A stretch of 64,000 nucleotides of DNA from Macrostomum lignano (lineage: Eukaryota): NCBI GenBank assembly GCA_002269645.1, contig NIVC01001340.1:62001-126000 (forward strand), read 5' to 3'. The notes below the pieces were generated by a model. The model was not told the DNA's origin, did not search any database, and worked only from the letters and a program-made list of their open reading frames with translations. The translations under genes were made by a program, and so were the position numbers. Every line of letters starts with the position of its first letter. Within the stretch, counting starts at the first letter, position 1. This document shows, piece by piece, positions 11,150 through 24,100 of this stretch.

Positions 11150-13800
11150 AGGACTCACGTGATTCTGGGTAGCAACAAGCTTAGCCAATCAGAAAATTCG
11201 GCGCTCATTTTAACAAATAGGCTCAGCCAATCAGAATCGACGTGTTCCATTATAACAAACTGCGGTCCAGTTGGCGGCTATTTAAACCGGTGTTTTTGGC
11301 CCGCTCGGACCTCAACCGGCTCTCCCGCGGAGGAACCTTCCCGACATTTCTGGTTCCCGGAGCCCGACCGTCGTTTCTTGATCCCCGGATTGCGACTTCC
11401 CCCCTCATCATCAAGGACGAGTCCCCCGGTCATCAGCAGCGAACATCAAAGTTAATATCATCACCTGCTAGCTATCTGCGAAGACTGTGACAGCATCATC
11501 CCGAGCTGCGAGGCATCAAGCCGATTCGGTCACTGTGGATTTCCTGGTCTCCGGCTGTTGAGTTTCTGATTGGTTGGGTGAGAGGCTATCTAGACTTGCT
11601 TGATTGGGTGATCCCTTATCTGTCCCCTGTTTCAGTAGCTGAATTAGGCGCACACTTTTGCTCATTTTGTTCAGTAGTGCTGTTACTGAGGCAGAAATCA
11701 CTTAATAATATTGCTAGTAGTCTGAAACTCCAATTCAATCTGAGGTGTGAAGTGATTTAAGGAGAAGGTTAAATCTGACAGTTATTTTTATCGGTTTTAT
11801 TTCTTTGTTCGCCGATGGCTCAGATGAGTAGCTAAGCTAGTAGGCGCCAGTCACAGTGGACCAATGGCAAGGCAGTTCTCAGTCAATCAATCTATCAAAT
11901 CAGTTAGCGAAACTGCCAGTAGTGCAGAATCGGCGCCAGAGATGTACTTTGTGCACTCTAGGTTCGCCAAGCGGCTCGGGTAATGAATCATGCGGTCTCT
12001 GAAGTTCGAGTTAGTCTATCATCAGCGCTATGAGAGGCTAGTTGGCGCGTTGAAGGCCAAAAGTACATATCTTCGTATTTAGCAATGTAATAGTACATGC
12101 AGCTACCCCAGAGACTCGCCACTGCAAGAATCCCCTGCACAAGTCCCCTCTGTACCTGCATGGCCAATGCGATCTAGTCCCAGCAGTGTCCCTTATCATC
12201 GGCTATGACTTCGAGATAGACAGCAAAAAGACACTAGTTGGCAGGTAAGTGCAAAGCCCCCTCTAGTCGGAAGCCCGATTTCGAGAGTCCCGGTGTGGTG
12301 AGCCAGGACGTACGGGCTGGTGGCAGCGAGTTAGCTTAGTCTGCGGATTAGCTAATTTCTACCTTCAAAATTCTCCCTGCTCGTCTCTCGCTGTCCCTCT
12401 CTTAGCTATAGGACCTAGACTGCTCGCCACACGATCAAGCTAACATGAGGCTGACCATCTGACAGGAGTGGGGGGCCAGGACTTTAATTGATTTATTTCT
12501 GAGACCTGAGGCCCGAAGGCTTCCCCACAAGGGGGCCGGAAGGTCGAAACGCATCAAGTTGATGTTCGTCCGATGATATCGAAAAATATTTCAGGCGCGC
12601 TTTCCAATACTACTCGTTTACTAAACCGAATTAAATACATTGGCTTATATTGGCCAAGCAGGCTATTTGTCTATTGCTGAGCCAAAACTTTTACTACTAC
12701 TTCAACTACTTCTGCACTAACACTAACACTATAAGTAAGGCGCCTCAGCCATTGAACAGGCTCTTAATACACCACTAGGAATGAATTAGGATCCAGGTTG
12801 GGAGTTTATCAATGTACACTGGGTTTCTAAGCTAGGCTAAAAGAGACTGTGACCATCAAGCCGAGAAGGCGACACCAGTCGGGCTGAGGGCGGGCCCTAC
12901 CCCCTACCGTCGGGGCGTCGCACGTACCTTACTCCAAGCACAAAACTAAACCTCCCCAGGGCTAGCAGGCGTCAAGTGAACCTCGGGGGCAGCCCGTGCC
13001 TTCTCCTGGGATAGTGTACCTCCATTTGGTCCTAAAGACCTCCCCACGTACGGCTGTGGCTACCCCGGAGCAGGGGCGTAGCCAGGAATTTTGATTGGGG
13101 GGGCCCGTGAGTTAGGGGGCGCCAGCTTCTTATAGGGGGGGGGCCGGGCGCCAGTTTCTTTTAGGGGGGGGGGCGCCAGTTTCTTTTAGGAGGGGCCGGG
13201 GCACCAGTTTCTTTTAGGGGGGGGGGCGCCAGTTTCTTATAGGGGGGGGGGGGGGCGCCAGTTTCTTTTAGGGGGGGGGCGCCAGTTTCTTTTAGGGGGG
13301 GGGGGCGCCAGTTTCTTATAGGGGGGGGGGCGCCAGTTTCTTTTAGGGGGGGGGCGCCAGTTTCTTATAGGGGGGGCACCAGTTTCTTTTAGGGGGGGGG
13401 CGCCAGTTTCTTATAGGGGGGGGGGGCGCCAAGGCCAGAGTTGGTGATTGGGGGGCCACGGCCCCCTTGCCCCCCTCTGGCTACGCCCCTGCCCCGGAGG
13501 AGCCTCCCCATGCCACCTACTAAACCCCGGGTACTCTTTGCCAAGACAGTCTCTTATCTTTGAATCGGCAGGACGGCTATTCGCCGGGACTATTTCACCC
13601 TTGCTTCGCCAACCCGCCATTTATATTAGGCCGTGCCAACGGCCCCGTCCTGGTCAGACTCAGTCCCTGGTTTTGGCACACTCCAGCTCTAAAAGGATCG
13701 CTGGCTGTTCACCAGAGGACAATTAATCCGAGGGAGACCGTCAAAGCATCAACTGGAACAGATAAGCCTTCCTATACAGCTACCCACAGCCCTTCCTGAA
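11150..13800. other. Unclassified moderately GC-rich, repeat-like region (possible retroelement non-coding remnant)
   Basis: Composition differs from the AT-rich flanks; several CCAAT boxes, a TATA-like tatttaaa at ~11279, and a minus-strand AATAAA at ~12495. No recognisable coding motif or LTR pair. Confidence 0.25.
13071..13491. mobile_element. hAT-type MITE with an internal G-rich ~24-bp tandem repeat
   Basis: Perfect 15-bp TIR CAGGGGCGTAGCCAG/CTGGCTACGCCCCTG; 8-bp TSD CCCCGGAG at 13063-13070 and 13492-13499; internal (GnCGCCAGTTTCTTTTAG) units. Confidence 0.92.
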
Positions 13801-14154
13801 GATACCAACTACTTCTGCAGATCGGAAGACGAATATGTTGTATTACATCTGTATTTTCTAGAAAACGTAGTTCAAGTAAAACAGAACGTTTTGTTAGGCT
13901 TTAAATTTGATAACTTTTTTGTTTTTTAATGTACTACTTATGTTTGTTTTTAGACAGTAAAAATTTAAATTTGAACATACAATCCGATAATCTGGATGTT
14001 CTAAGAAACTTAGAACATACTAGAACGCAACCTTTGTTTTTTTATTGGTCCGTACAAGTTTTTCCTATCTCCTCCTCACCCGTTAGCCGTTGCTGCCAGC
14101 ATCAAGAAATTCAGTATTTTACTACAATTTTAACAATATATTATAAGAACCATC

Positions 14155-17100
14155 ATGTCAAAGAGAAAATATTTTGATACTTCCAGATCAGTTCGTCTGA
14201 GCACATATCGAGACCAGCATTTTAAGGTATATTGCTATGTTTTGCCTAAATAAGCGAAATTGCTCTTAGTGTTAGTCTTTTTTTCATAGTTAAAAAATTT
14301 CATAAAAAAAGTTTTAAATTTTGAGTGTAGAGCCTACATTCCTACATGACAGTCATATTACCAATTTTTGGCATACTTGACATACACCTAAAATTTTGCC
14401 CAAAAATTCTTATGTGTTATGTACATTGGACACCTTCCTGAATCCTGACAGTGGGTTATAGGCCTATCAAAAAAGTCTTAAGGGGGCTAATTAAAAGTAA
14501 ACAATGAAATCCCTACCATATTTTTGATTGTGTTATATGTACACCAGAAAGTATTTGGCAATTGGAATACTATAGGCCTACTAGTATAGTACTATAGTAT
14601 GCCAATTGATTGAGTGTACAATATCATTTTTTCAAGAATTTCAAGAATTGAGATTGGCCTCTTTGAGATTCAATTGAGATTTAAGACATATAGTGGAACA
14701 ACAAATTCATAATTCATAAAGGTACATTAAAAACAACATTTAGAATTATGTGAAATGCAACAAAAAAGTTATTCAACTTTTAAAATTTAAATTTTTATAG
14801 GGCTAAATAGAAATGAATTTTTTTGTAAAAGCACTTTTTAGGACTTTTAACTAACTTTGCATTTTTATCATTAAACTTTGTTTAAATGGTCATTTTAGCA
14901 AAAAAAGAATTAATTTTAAATACTTTTTTGTGACTCCAAGTCCAAATTACATAGTATGCAAAAATGTACAGTGTTTGAACAATCACTGCTCCTAGAATAT
15001 TTAAAAGTTTTAGGATTCTTTGTAATATACAAAATTTAAAGAAAATATTGACATTGATGTTGATACCATTAGGCTCTCTGCCATAGTGTGGATCATGCTA
15101 AGTGCACGCGAGAAACGACCCAAAGCTAATTCCCAAAAGCACGCCGACGACAAGCAAATGCATGCCGATATAAAATTTAAAATACGATTTAAAATACAAA
15201 AAAACGTATTTTAAATTGCATTGTGTAAAACAAAGCAACAAATGATATACAAAAGAAATGATATATCTTTAAAAACGTGTATTTCTCATACATTAATTTA
15301 TTTAACAGTCTTATACACTGTTTATTTACAATAGTTTTTTTTCAAAAGTTAAATACAATAATACATATTTTATGTCTGCTTACCATTGCATTGGTAGCTT
15401 TGCCACATCAGGTGCCAGGCACGCGGCACGCGGCGCTAGGGGGCGACTGGGATGGCCAAAGTCGGGCCCGGGAATGAGGACACGGGCCCGGGTCAGGCCT
15501 CGGGAATTCGGGACAAGATCTTTAGGACAGCTCAATAATTGGAAAAAAATCATAATAAATCTTAATACTTTTAGCATATGCGGATTACTATTAAATATAT
15601 AATAAATATATGAATATATTAAATCTAATATAATATAATATATTAAATGTATAATAAATATATGATAAACATTAAATATATTATAATATAATAATATATA
15701 AATATAATATATTATATTAAATATATAATAAATATTATTTTTATTTAATACATTAGTTAAGACTTCAGAATAGATAAGAGTTACATTAAAAGACTTAATA
15801 CTCAAATATCAATATACTCAATAGTTCAAATTCAATGTCACTGTGTGGCACAAGTACTGTGTGTGTGCCAGTGACAGTGACACTAACACTTAACAGGCAG
15901 TGAGGTAGGCAAGCAGGCACTGCGGTAGTGCGGCTGGCACTAGCAGTGGCAGTAAGCAAAAAGAAGAAAAGCTGAAGCATTAAGTGTAAGGCACATGGCA
16001 TTGGAAGCAGTAAGGAAGTAAGAACCAAATCAATTGATTGATTCTTTTATTTGAATTTTTAGTTCCTTTACATAGCTTCAATGTAAAGAGCCATGTACAC
16101 AGTCAGTATTCAGTAAGACAACAAGACAAGACAACAAAACAGAACACAAGTGAAGTGACAACACAACACAACACTCAACTGTCTCAACAGAACAGGCAAA
16201 CAGACAATGGAAATACAAGTAATTAGCTGATACCTGCCTACCTGCTCACCTACCTACCTAAACGAATATGATTACGAATACGATACTATGAGTCTACAAC
16301 TACAACTACCTACAAATACAATACAAATATGAACACGATTACAAACTCTGATAGATAGCAAACTTCTTGGAAAAATGGTAGCCTTGGCCCTTAATAGGTA
16401 CTTCTTGGAATGTAAATAGAAAATGTTATTTACAAAACCTTAAAAATGACAAATCAACTTTTTAAAGAATCATATTTTTGCTTTTAGGCTGCAGCCTGCA
16501 GCATGTAAAGTGGAATCAATATTGCATCAACTATGTTTTAATTTTATCTTCCTGGAAAAAATCCGATCTTCCTGGAAAGTGGAAACTGGCTGTGGCTGAC
16601 GCTCACGGTCACAGACGCTCACGCTAAGAGCCTACTACGAATCAATGATATTGCTACTTCACATCATATCATCTATTACTATTACTGCAGTCGTGCAGTG
16701 CTTGAGTCTTGAGTGCTGATGCGATGCTTAACTGAGTGTTGTGCTGTGCTGTGAATAAAAATAATTTTATTCTTATTCGCACACGGTTAGTGCCTTTAGG
16801 GAAAAAAGACTTGTCCCGTTTTTCCGACTTTTTTAGGGTCGGGCCACGATTTTGGTCGGGATTCCCGACTTTTCAGGCCCGGGCCTGGGACTGGGTCGCC
16901 CCCTACGCGGCGCATGCCAGGCACGCCAGTGTATTTATGTAGTGTGCATTATGCATGCCAAATGCACGCCACTTACCGAATCGCATGCCGGTGCACGCCA
17001 ATTTTGAAAATGCATGCGGGAAAATTCTCGCGTGCACTACATGATCTACACTATGGGCTCTCTGATGCTACATGTTTCTTATAGATTGAGATATTTTCTT

Positions 17101-19337
17101 AAACATTTGTTTCTATCTCAAATCTTGATGTTTTTTTAGATCTTAAAGTTGAGATTGAGATTTGAGAAAACCCCAAGATCTTGGATCTCAAGATTAAGAT
17201 CAAGATCTTGTCTAACCCCTAAATAAATTGTACACCAATAGAATTGTATGATTAATAAGCACAGAAACAATGCAGCATGCAGTAGATGCAGCAAATAATT
17301 ACTGCAGAATAACAAAACCTATATCATTTGGAAAAAAAAAATAAATAAAACAAAATAGTTCTATATTATATATTATTGGCCATAGTCCAGATCATGGCAG
17401 GCGTATAGCAGAATAAAAATTCATCTCTTTTGTCAATTTTTTTGCCAACATAGGGTGGGAAAAAATATGCCACCTGTGACAAGTTTTTGCTTCACTGGAA
17501 TGAAGCAATTCAGGCATCTAGAGTATTCATGAGTACACAGGCAAACTTTTTGTTGTGCACCTTCTCAAACAATAATCAAGTCGCCTCAAATCCCTCTTGA
17601 CCATCAAGATAATCAATGATTCTGCCATAAGGTTGGATTTTTTCCATAATCTCTAGTGTAATCAATACACCCCTATGAATCAATCAGCACATTGACCACT
17701 TGTCTACATCAGCTATGACTTTGTTGGTCACTGGTTTTTACTCACCCTGGTGAAGCTTCTGGACCTTCAGCAGGTGGCACCAGGTGACTATGGACACCCT
17801 GTTGCAAATTTATTGAGTTTCTCTGGTCAAGCCTCAACAGTGGGCAAACCTCAAACCTCCGCTAGACTCTCATTCATTGAATATCTCGATGGTCCAGAAT
17901 GGCTGTCGACTTTATTCTTGCTTGAGAAGGTGCGCAACAAGAAGTTACCCGTTTGGTGTGCCTGGGTTGCTTTGTTCCAGTGCAGCAAAAAAGTTGTAGG
18001 AAATCCGCTTGATAGTTCGACTGGCGGGAAAATGGCTTAGTATTCCTACTGTTAAGTAGATCCCCTTGACAATCCTTGTCCAGGGCTCGCAAAATGAGCA
18101 GGAGAAACGGCTTTTATCCAGCTCCACCCTCTACGTTGGCAACCTGGCCTTCTACACCAGGGAGGAGCAGATCCACGAGCTGTTCAGCCGGGCAGGCGAC
18201 GTCAAGCGCATCGTCATGGGCCTCGACAAGATCAAGCGTACGCCCTGCGGCTTCTGCTTCGTAGAATTTTACACTCGCTCCGACGCTGAGAATGCCATGC
18301 GATATGTGAATGGCACCAGATTGGATGATAGGGTCATTCGCACCGACTGGGATGTGGGGTTCCAGGTGAGTGTTGGCTGATGTTCGTGTTTCAGACTGGG
18401 CTACCACTGTTCCCCAGTTGCTGGGCCAGCCTCACAGAGTGTCAGTTGCTGGGCCAGCCTCAATAGAGTGTCAGTTGCTGGGCCAGCCTCAACAGAGTGT
18501 CAGTTGCTGGGCCAGCCTCAACAGAGTGTCAGTTGCTGGGCCAGCCTCCCAGATCCTCAGTTGCTGGGCCAGCCTCCCAGATCCTCAGTTGCTGGGCCAG
18601 CCTCCCAGATCCCCAGTTGCTGGGCCAGCCTCCCAGATCCTCAGTTACTGCTTGCTGGGCCAGCCTCACAGAGTGTCAGTTGATGGGCCAGCCTCCCAGA
18701 TCCTCAGTTGCTGGGCCAGACTCCCAGATCCTTAGTTGCTGGGCCAGCCTCCCAGATCCTCAGTTGCTGAGCCAGCCTCCCAGATCCCTAGTTGCTGGGC
18801 CAACCTCCCAAATTCTCAGTTGCTGGTCCAACACCCTCCCAGATCCTCAGTTGCTGGGCCAGCCTCCCAGATCCTCAGTTGCTGGGCCAGCCTCCCAGAT
18901 CCTCAGCTGCTGGGCCAGCCTCCCAGATCCCCAGTTGCTGGGTCAGCCTCCCAGATCCCGAGTGGCTATGTGAGCCTCCCAGTGTCAGTTGCTGGGCCGC
19001 CATCGCATATCCAGTTCACCCTGCCCGAGTTACAACTGCAACTCCCATCAAACGTGTCCCCAATTCCCATCATTCACATCCCATTTCGCCAAAAACACCA
19101 CAGGAGGGCCGCCAATACGGCCGCGGCAAAAGTGGCGGCCAAGTGCGCGACGAATACAGAGTCGATTACGACCCGGGCCGCGGAGGCTATGGCAAAATCA
19201 TCATGCAGAAGATGGGCCAGGATGATCGAATGTTTACCGATCCCTCCGTGCCGGTGGCGCCGGCTGCCACCGCGGCTTCCACCGCCGTTGCACCTTCAGC
19301 GGCAGCTCCGGCTGCTGCTACCACAGCCGCCCCCTAG
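14155..19337 (+). CDS. NCBP2: Nuclear cap-binding protein subunit 2 (CBP20)
   Basis: Exons 14155-14226 ([24 protein letters not shown]), 18084-18365 ([35 protein letters not shown]...GFCFVEFY...[10 protein letters not shown]) and 19104-19337 ([31 protein letters not shown]). All phase 0, GT-AG; hallmark CBP20 sequence. Confidence 0.97.
15081..17056. mobile_element. Non-autonomous DNA transposon (P- or hAT-type) in NCBP2 intron 1, host of a nested element
   Basis: ~30-bp imperfect TIR CCATAGTGTGGATCATG..AGTGCACGCGAG / CTCGCGTGCACTACATGATCTACACTATGG; 8-bp TSD GCTCTCTG at 15073-15080 and 17057-17064. Confidence 0.85.
15437..16905. mobile_element. hAT-type non-autonomous element nested in the 15081-17056 element
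   Basis: TIR TAGGGGGCGAC/GTCGCCCCCTA; 8-bp TSD CGCGGCGC at 15429-15436 and 16906-16913; GC-rich subterminal CGGG motifs in inverted orientation; no transposase ORF. Confidence 0.88.
18412..18990. repeat. ~28-bp minisatellite (CAGTTGCTGGGCCAGCCTCCCAGATCCT) filling NCBP2 intron 2
   Basis: Units read directly between donor 18366 and acceptor 19103. Confidence 0.9.
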
Positions 19338-19789
19338 AAACGTTTTTTTCACTGTCCATTCTCTATTGTCTAATAATAATAACAATTCGTAAATACGAAA
19401 TAAGTCATAGTCAAATTCTCCCGAGTTTAAATTCGCGTAATTCAATTTGCTGTTGTAATCTGTACTGTACTATCATCAGTAGCATGTGCAGTAAAATGTA
19501 CAGAATTTTGCGATTTTGCGTTGTCTGCGTCTGTATTAGGAACAGCTAAACTTATTAAATAAATAAAGAAGTACCACTCTCGACTGGCGATTAACGCTCC
19601 CTGCTCCAGGCGAGAACGGTTACAATTCAGCATTTCTTATGTCAGCAGTACCAATATTAGCCTGCTTGAACATGCCTGTACTTTCACTTGTAAATGTCTA
19701 GAAGCCTCTTTGATTGAATTGCTTTTATTTGCCAAGGATTTGGCGATTCGGGGAATGCAGCTGATTAATTGAATATCTGAGGATCTGGA

Positions 19790-20260
19790 TAACAACTGAG
19801 TCTGGGAGAATGGCAACTGAATTTGGAAGGATGGCAACTAGATCTTGGAGGGTGGCAACTGAGTCTGGGAGATGGCAACTAGATCTTGGAGGGTGGCAAC
19901 TGAGTCTGGGAGGGTGGCAACTGAGTCTGGGAGATGGCAACTAGATCTTGGAGGGTGGCAACTGAGTCTGGGAGATGGCAACTGAGTCTGGGAGATGGCA
20001 ACTAGATCTTGGAGGGCGGCAACTGAGTCTGGGAGATGGCAACTAGATCTTGGAGGGTGGCAACTGAGTCTGGGAGATGGCAATTAGATCTTGGAGGGTG
20101 GCAACTGAGTCTGGGAGATGGCAACTAGATCTTGGAGGGTGGCAATTGAGTCTGGGAGATGGCAACTAGATCTTGGAGGGTGGCAACTGAATCTGGGAAG
20201 ATGGAAACTGAATTTGGGAGGATGGCACTGAGTCTGGGAGGATGGCAACTAGACCTGGCA
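19790..20260. repeat. ~20/41-bp minisatellite (GGCAACTGAGTCTGGGAGAT GGCAACTAGATCTTGGAGGGT) between the convergent NCBP2 and Y-box gene 3' ends
   Basis: Two alternating subunits read directly. Confidence 0.9.
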
Positions 20261-21182
20261 GGTTGTAATCTGGGAAGAAAATTGTAATTAAAAAACAAAT
20301 AATGCAAAGACTTCCAAGTGCAATTTGTGTTCGATGAAACAGTGTTTTTACTTGGCAAAAAACAACCTCTTTCTGTCTCTGTTTTCGATCTAGCTCGTAA
20401 TTGTCATCGACCTCGAAAAGCGCTTTAATTAATAATATTATCCAAGCTTCGAAGTCTATCGCCTCCCGCACACACAGCAGCTCAATTTAGCTAAAAACAG
20501 TATATGCATATATATAATATATAAAGTATATATGCTTGGGATATTTGAGTTAATAACAATTGGGATCGGGGTTAGGCGGAACTGCAGACTGACGGACCAA
20601 AAATGGAGATAAGTTTGAGAACACGCCGACTGAGTGAGGAAAAAATCCCATACGGAGTAGGGAGGGGGGACTTTGACTGGGAACAGGAAAAAAAGAACTC
20701 TTTTTATTTCGATCGAACTGGCATACGCGACAAGAGAATTGAAATCAGCTTTTGCAATACAACAAATTAAGAGGCCTGCTTAGGGGCTTACCTATTCGCA
20801 ATTCCTAAACATACTACTTATAATCATACGCTGGCGGATGTGAAACAATTGATGGAACTTTTATTTTGCAAATCTTCTGGACAAAAATAAACGGCTTACG
20901 GACAACAGATTTCAGGGTTCGAATTTGGTTATATTTATTATGTAATAATCGTAGTGACGGCACAGTGTGTAGTTAAATAGAACGATTATATAGACTTCAA
21001 TAGGGAGAGACGATATTCATGTTGTTTGTACTTCTGTTGGTATATTGTTAGCTAAAAACTCAACTGTTACTTAGTCACGGTATTCCATTGTAATTTTAGG
21101 CCTCTCGCAGTCTCGCTCTCCGCATAGTTTGGTCCAACCATCAGGCAACAACGGCTCTATAATAGGTTTCGTTTGACTTGGC

Positions 21183-24100
21183 CTACTTCTGCTGCTCGCC
21201 CACGTCTTCGCCGGTCTGCAATGAGATTGGAGGCGATTCTCCATGAGATTGGAGGCGATTCTCTGAGATGTGAGGCGATTCTGTGAGATTAGAAGCGATT
21301 CTCTATGAGATTGAAGGCGATTATCTATGAGATTGTGGGGGATTCTCTGAGATGTGAGGCGATTCTGTGAGATTAGAAGCGATTCTGTAAGAGATCGGAG
21401 GCGATTCTCTATGAGATTGGAAGAGATTCTCTGAGATTAGAGGCGATTCTGTAAGAGATTGGAGGGCGAATTAGGGACCATAATAAGGGAAAACTGATTA
21501 TTTAATAGAATAATTTTCTGTCAAAAACAGTAATTCTACAATTAGAATACCTTTCCATCATTCTTCCTGTTCGACTTCTCGTTGTTAGAATCGACAGCAG
21601 CTGGCGGCGCCTCCCCTCCGCTGTCCCTTCGCCGATTGGCGCCGCCTCGGCCTCGCCACCGGCCGCCGCCTCGACTGCCGCGAAATCCGCTGCCGCCGCG
21701 GTGAAAGTACACAGGCGGATACTGGTAGGGCATCGGCGGGCCGCCGCCGGCCTGAGCCGGGAGGCCACCAGCGTAGCCGCCGCGATAGCTGCTGATCATG
21801 CCGGGGTCGTAATAGGCAGGCCGGCGCATCGGGCGGCCGCCACCGACGCCACGGTAAGCATAGGGGCCGGGGAAGCCCGGGTGCATCGGCACCATGCCGT
21901 ACTCTGGTCCGGGCAAGCCGCGATCGCCCTTTATTGGATAAAAGCAGAGCTTGGGCGTTGGCAGATCAGTAGCTTAGAGTTCTGATCTCAAATCCCAAGC
22001 GAATCTCTCAGACCTGATTATCCCAGATCCCAAGCAAATCCCAGAGACCTGATTATCCTAAATCCCAAGAAAATCTCTCAGACCTGATTAACCCAAATCC
22101 CAAGCAAATTTCAGAGACCCGATTATCCCAAATCCCAAGCAAATCCCACAGACCTAATTATCCCAAATCCCAAGAAAATCCCACAGACCTAATCATCCCA
22201 AATCCCAAACAAATCCCACAGACCTGATTATCCCAAATCCCAAGAAAATCCTACAGACCTGATTATCCCAAATCCCAAGAAAATCCCACAGACCTAATCA
22301 TCCCAAATCCCAAGCAAATCCCACAGACCTAATTATCCCAAATCCCAAGCAAATCCCACAGACCTAATCATCCCAAATCCCAAGAAAATCCTACAGACCT
22401 GATTATCCCAAATCCCAAGAAAATCCCTCAGACCTGATTATCCCAAATCCCAAACAAACTTCTCAGACCATATTATCCAAAATCCTTTAGAACAAACCCG
22501 GGACACAGACAAAAACTCACTCCCAGACCAGAGTATACACTCACCATAGGCATGCCGCCGCCCCGGCCGTACATGTAGGGCCTCGAATAGCGGCCGGGCG
22601 GCCTCCGCCCGAAGCCGTCGCCATAGCCGCCGCGAAAGCCGCCGCGTGGTCCGCCGCGACCACCGCCAGGTCGAAATCTATTGGAAGCGTACTGGCTGCC
22701 CTGCACAGGACTGCCATCGGGCCCAGTGACGTTGGACGCCTCCAGGCCTTTCTCGCCTTCGACAACGTCGAATTCGACTTTCTCGTTGTCGCCAACCGAG
22801 CGTTGCCATTTGTTTGGATTGTTCTTAATAATGGCAGTCTGGTGCACGAATATGTCGTCTTTGTTGTCGTCTCGATTGATGAAACCGTAGCCATTCTTGA
22901 CGTTGAACCATTTGACAGTGCCCGTTACCTTGGTGGCTGGGGAGGGGATGGTTGAGAGGCTATTTAATGTCAGGCATTTCACTATACATACAGGCTGTAT
23001 TAGCAATCCATTCTGTTGCTGCATCCATGATTGGCTAGATTAGCAATCCATTCTATTACTGCATAGACTGCATTCATGATTGGCTAGATTAGCAATCCAT
23101 CCATTCTATTTCTGCATCCATGATTGGCTAGATTAGCAATCCATTGTATTTCTGCATCCATGATTGGCTAGGTTAGCAATCCATTCTATTTCTGCATCCA
23201 TGATTGGCTAGGTTAGCAATCCATTCTATTTCTGCATCCATGATTGACTAGGTTAGCAATCCATTCTATTTCTGCATCCATGATTGGCTAGATTAGCAAT
23301 CCATTCTATTTCTGCATCCATGATTGGCTAGATTAGCAATCTATTCTATTTCTGCATCCATGATTGGCTAGATTAGCAATCTATTCTATTTCTGCATCCA
23401 TGATTGGCTAGATTAGCAATCTATTCTATTCTTGCATCCATGATTGGCTAGGTTAGCAATCCATTCTATTCTTGCATATGCTTTGATTATATAAAAATGA
23501 TAATTTTTTGTCATCCAAGCAGATTCTAGAAGATAAAGACCCAAAAGGGGCCACACTCCAGATCAAGTAGTATATGCCTAAAAATTCAGATGTGCATTGG
23601 CCTTGCATGCCAAAAGTTAGGTGTGCACAGTTGGTGTGCATGACTCCTAAGAAAATAGTGTGCATGCACACCTGGCATGGACTTCATAGAATCATGCTGA
23701 AGAATTCAAATTATATTAAGGGGAAAAAGATTGAAAAGTTCATTTTAAATAAATTTCAAGCTTTCTGGTTTTAAAATTCATAATAAGGCATTTAAACAAA
23801 TGTTTGTAAGCATTGATTTTCTACTATTTAAAATAGTATAGGCAAAAAACATTCAACCAAATTATCTACCAAAAAGGATTCTTTATCCAACACAAAAAGG
23901 TCATTTATTGTTACAATGCAAACATAGATTTCAACATAGTTGTCATAAATATTGTCATATATTGTCATATATATATAGACAAATAGTTGTCATTTTTTTG
24001 GCATGCATTTATAATTATTAAATTTCTTTTTAGGTATGCACCAAGCATGATTTGGACTATAGAAAGGAGATAAAGATAGAAGAGATAGCTTTATATTTTG

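Noticed and set aside
12495-12580. Hammerhead-ribozyme-like motif (CTGAGACCT...AGGTCGAAAC...GTC)
   Set aside because: The CUGANGA core lacks a base and stem I does not pair. Only an Infernal search with HHR models could rescue it.
13818-13831. AGATCGGAAGAC resembling an Illumina adapter
   Set aside because: It diverges from AGATCGGAAGAGC at base 12 and is embedded in normal sequence; likely chance.
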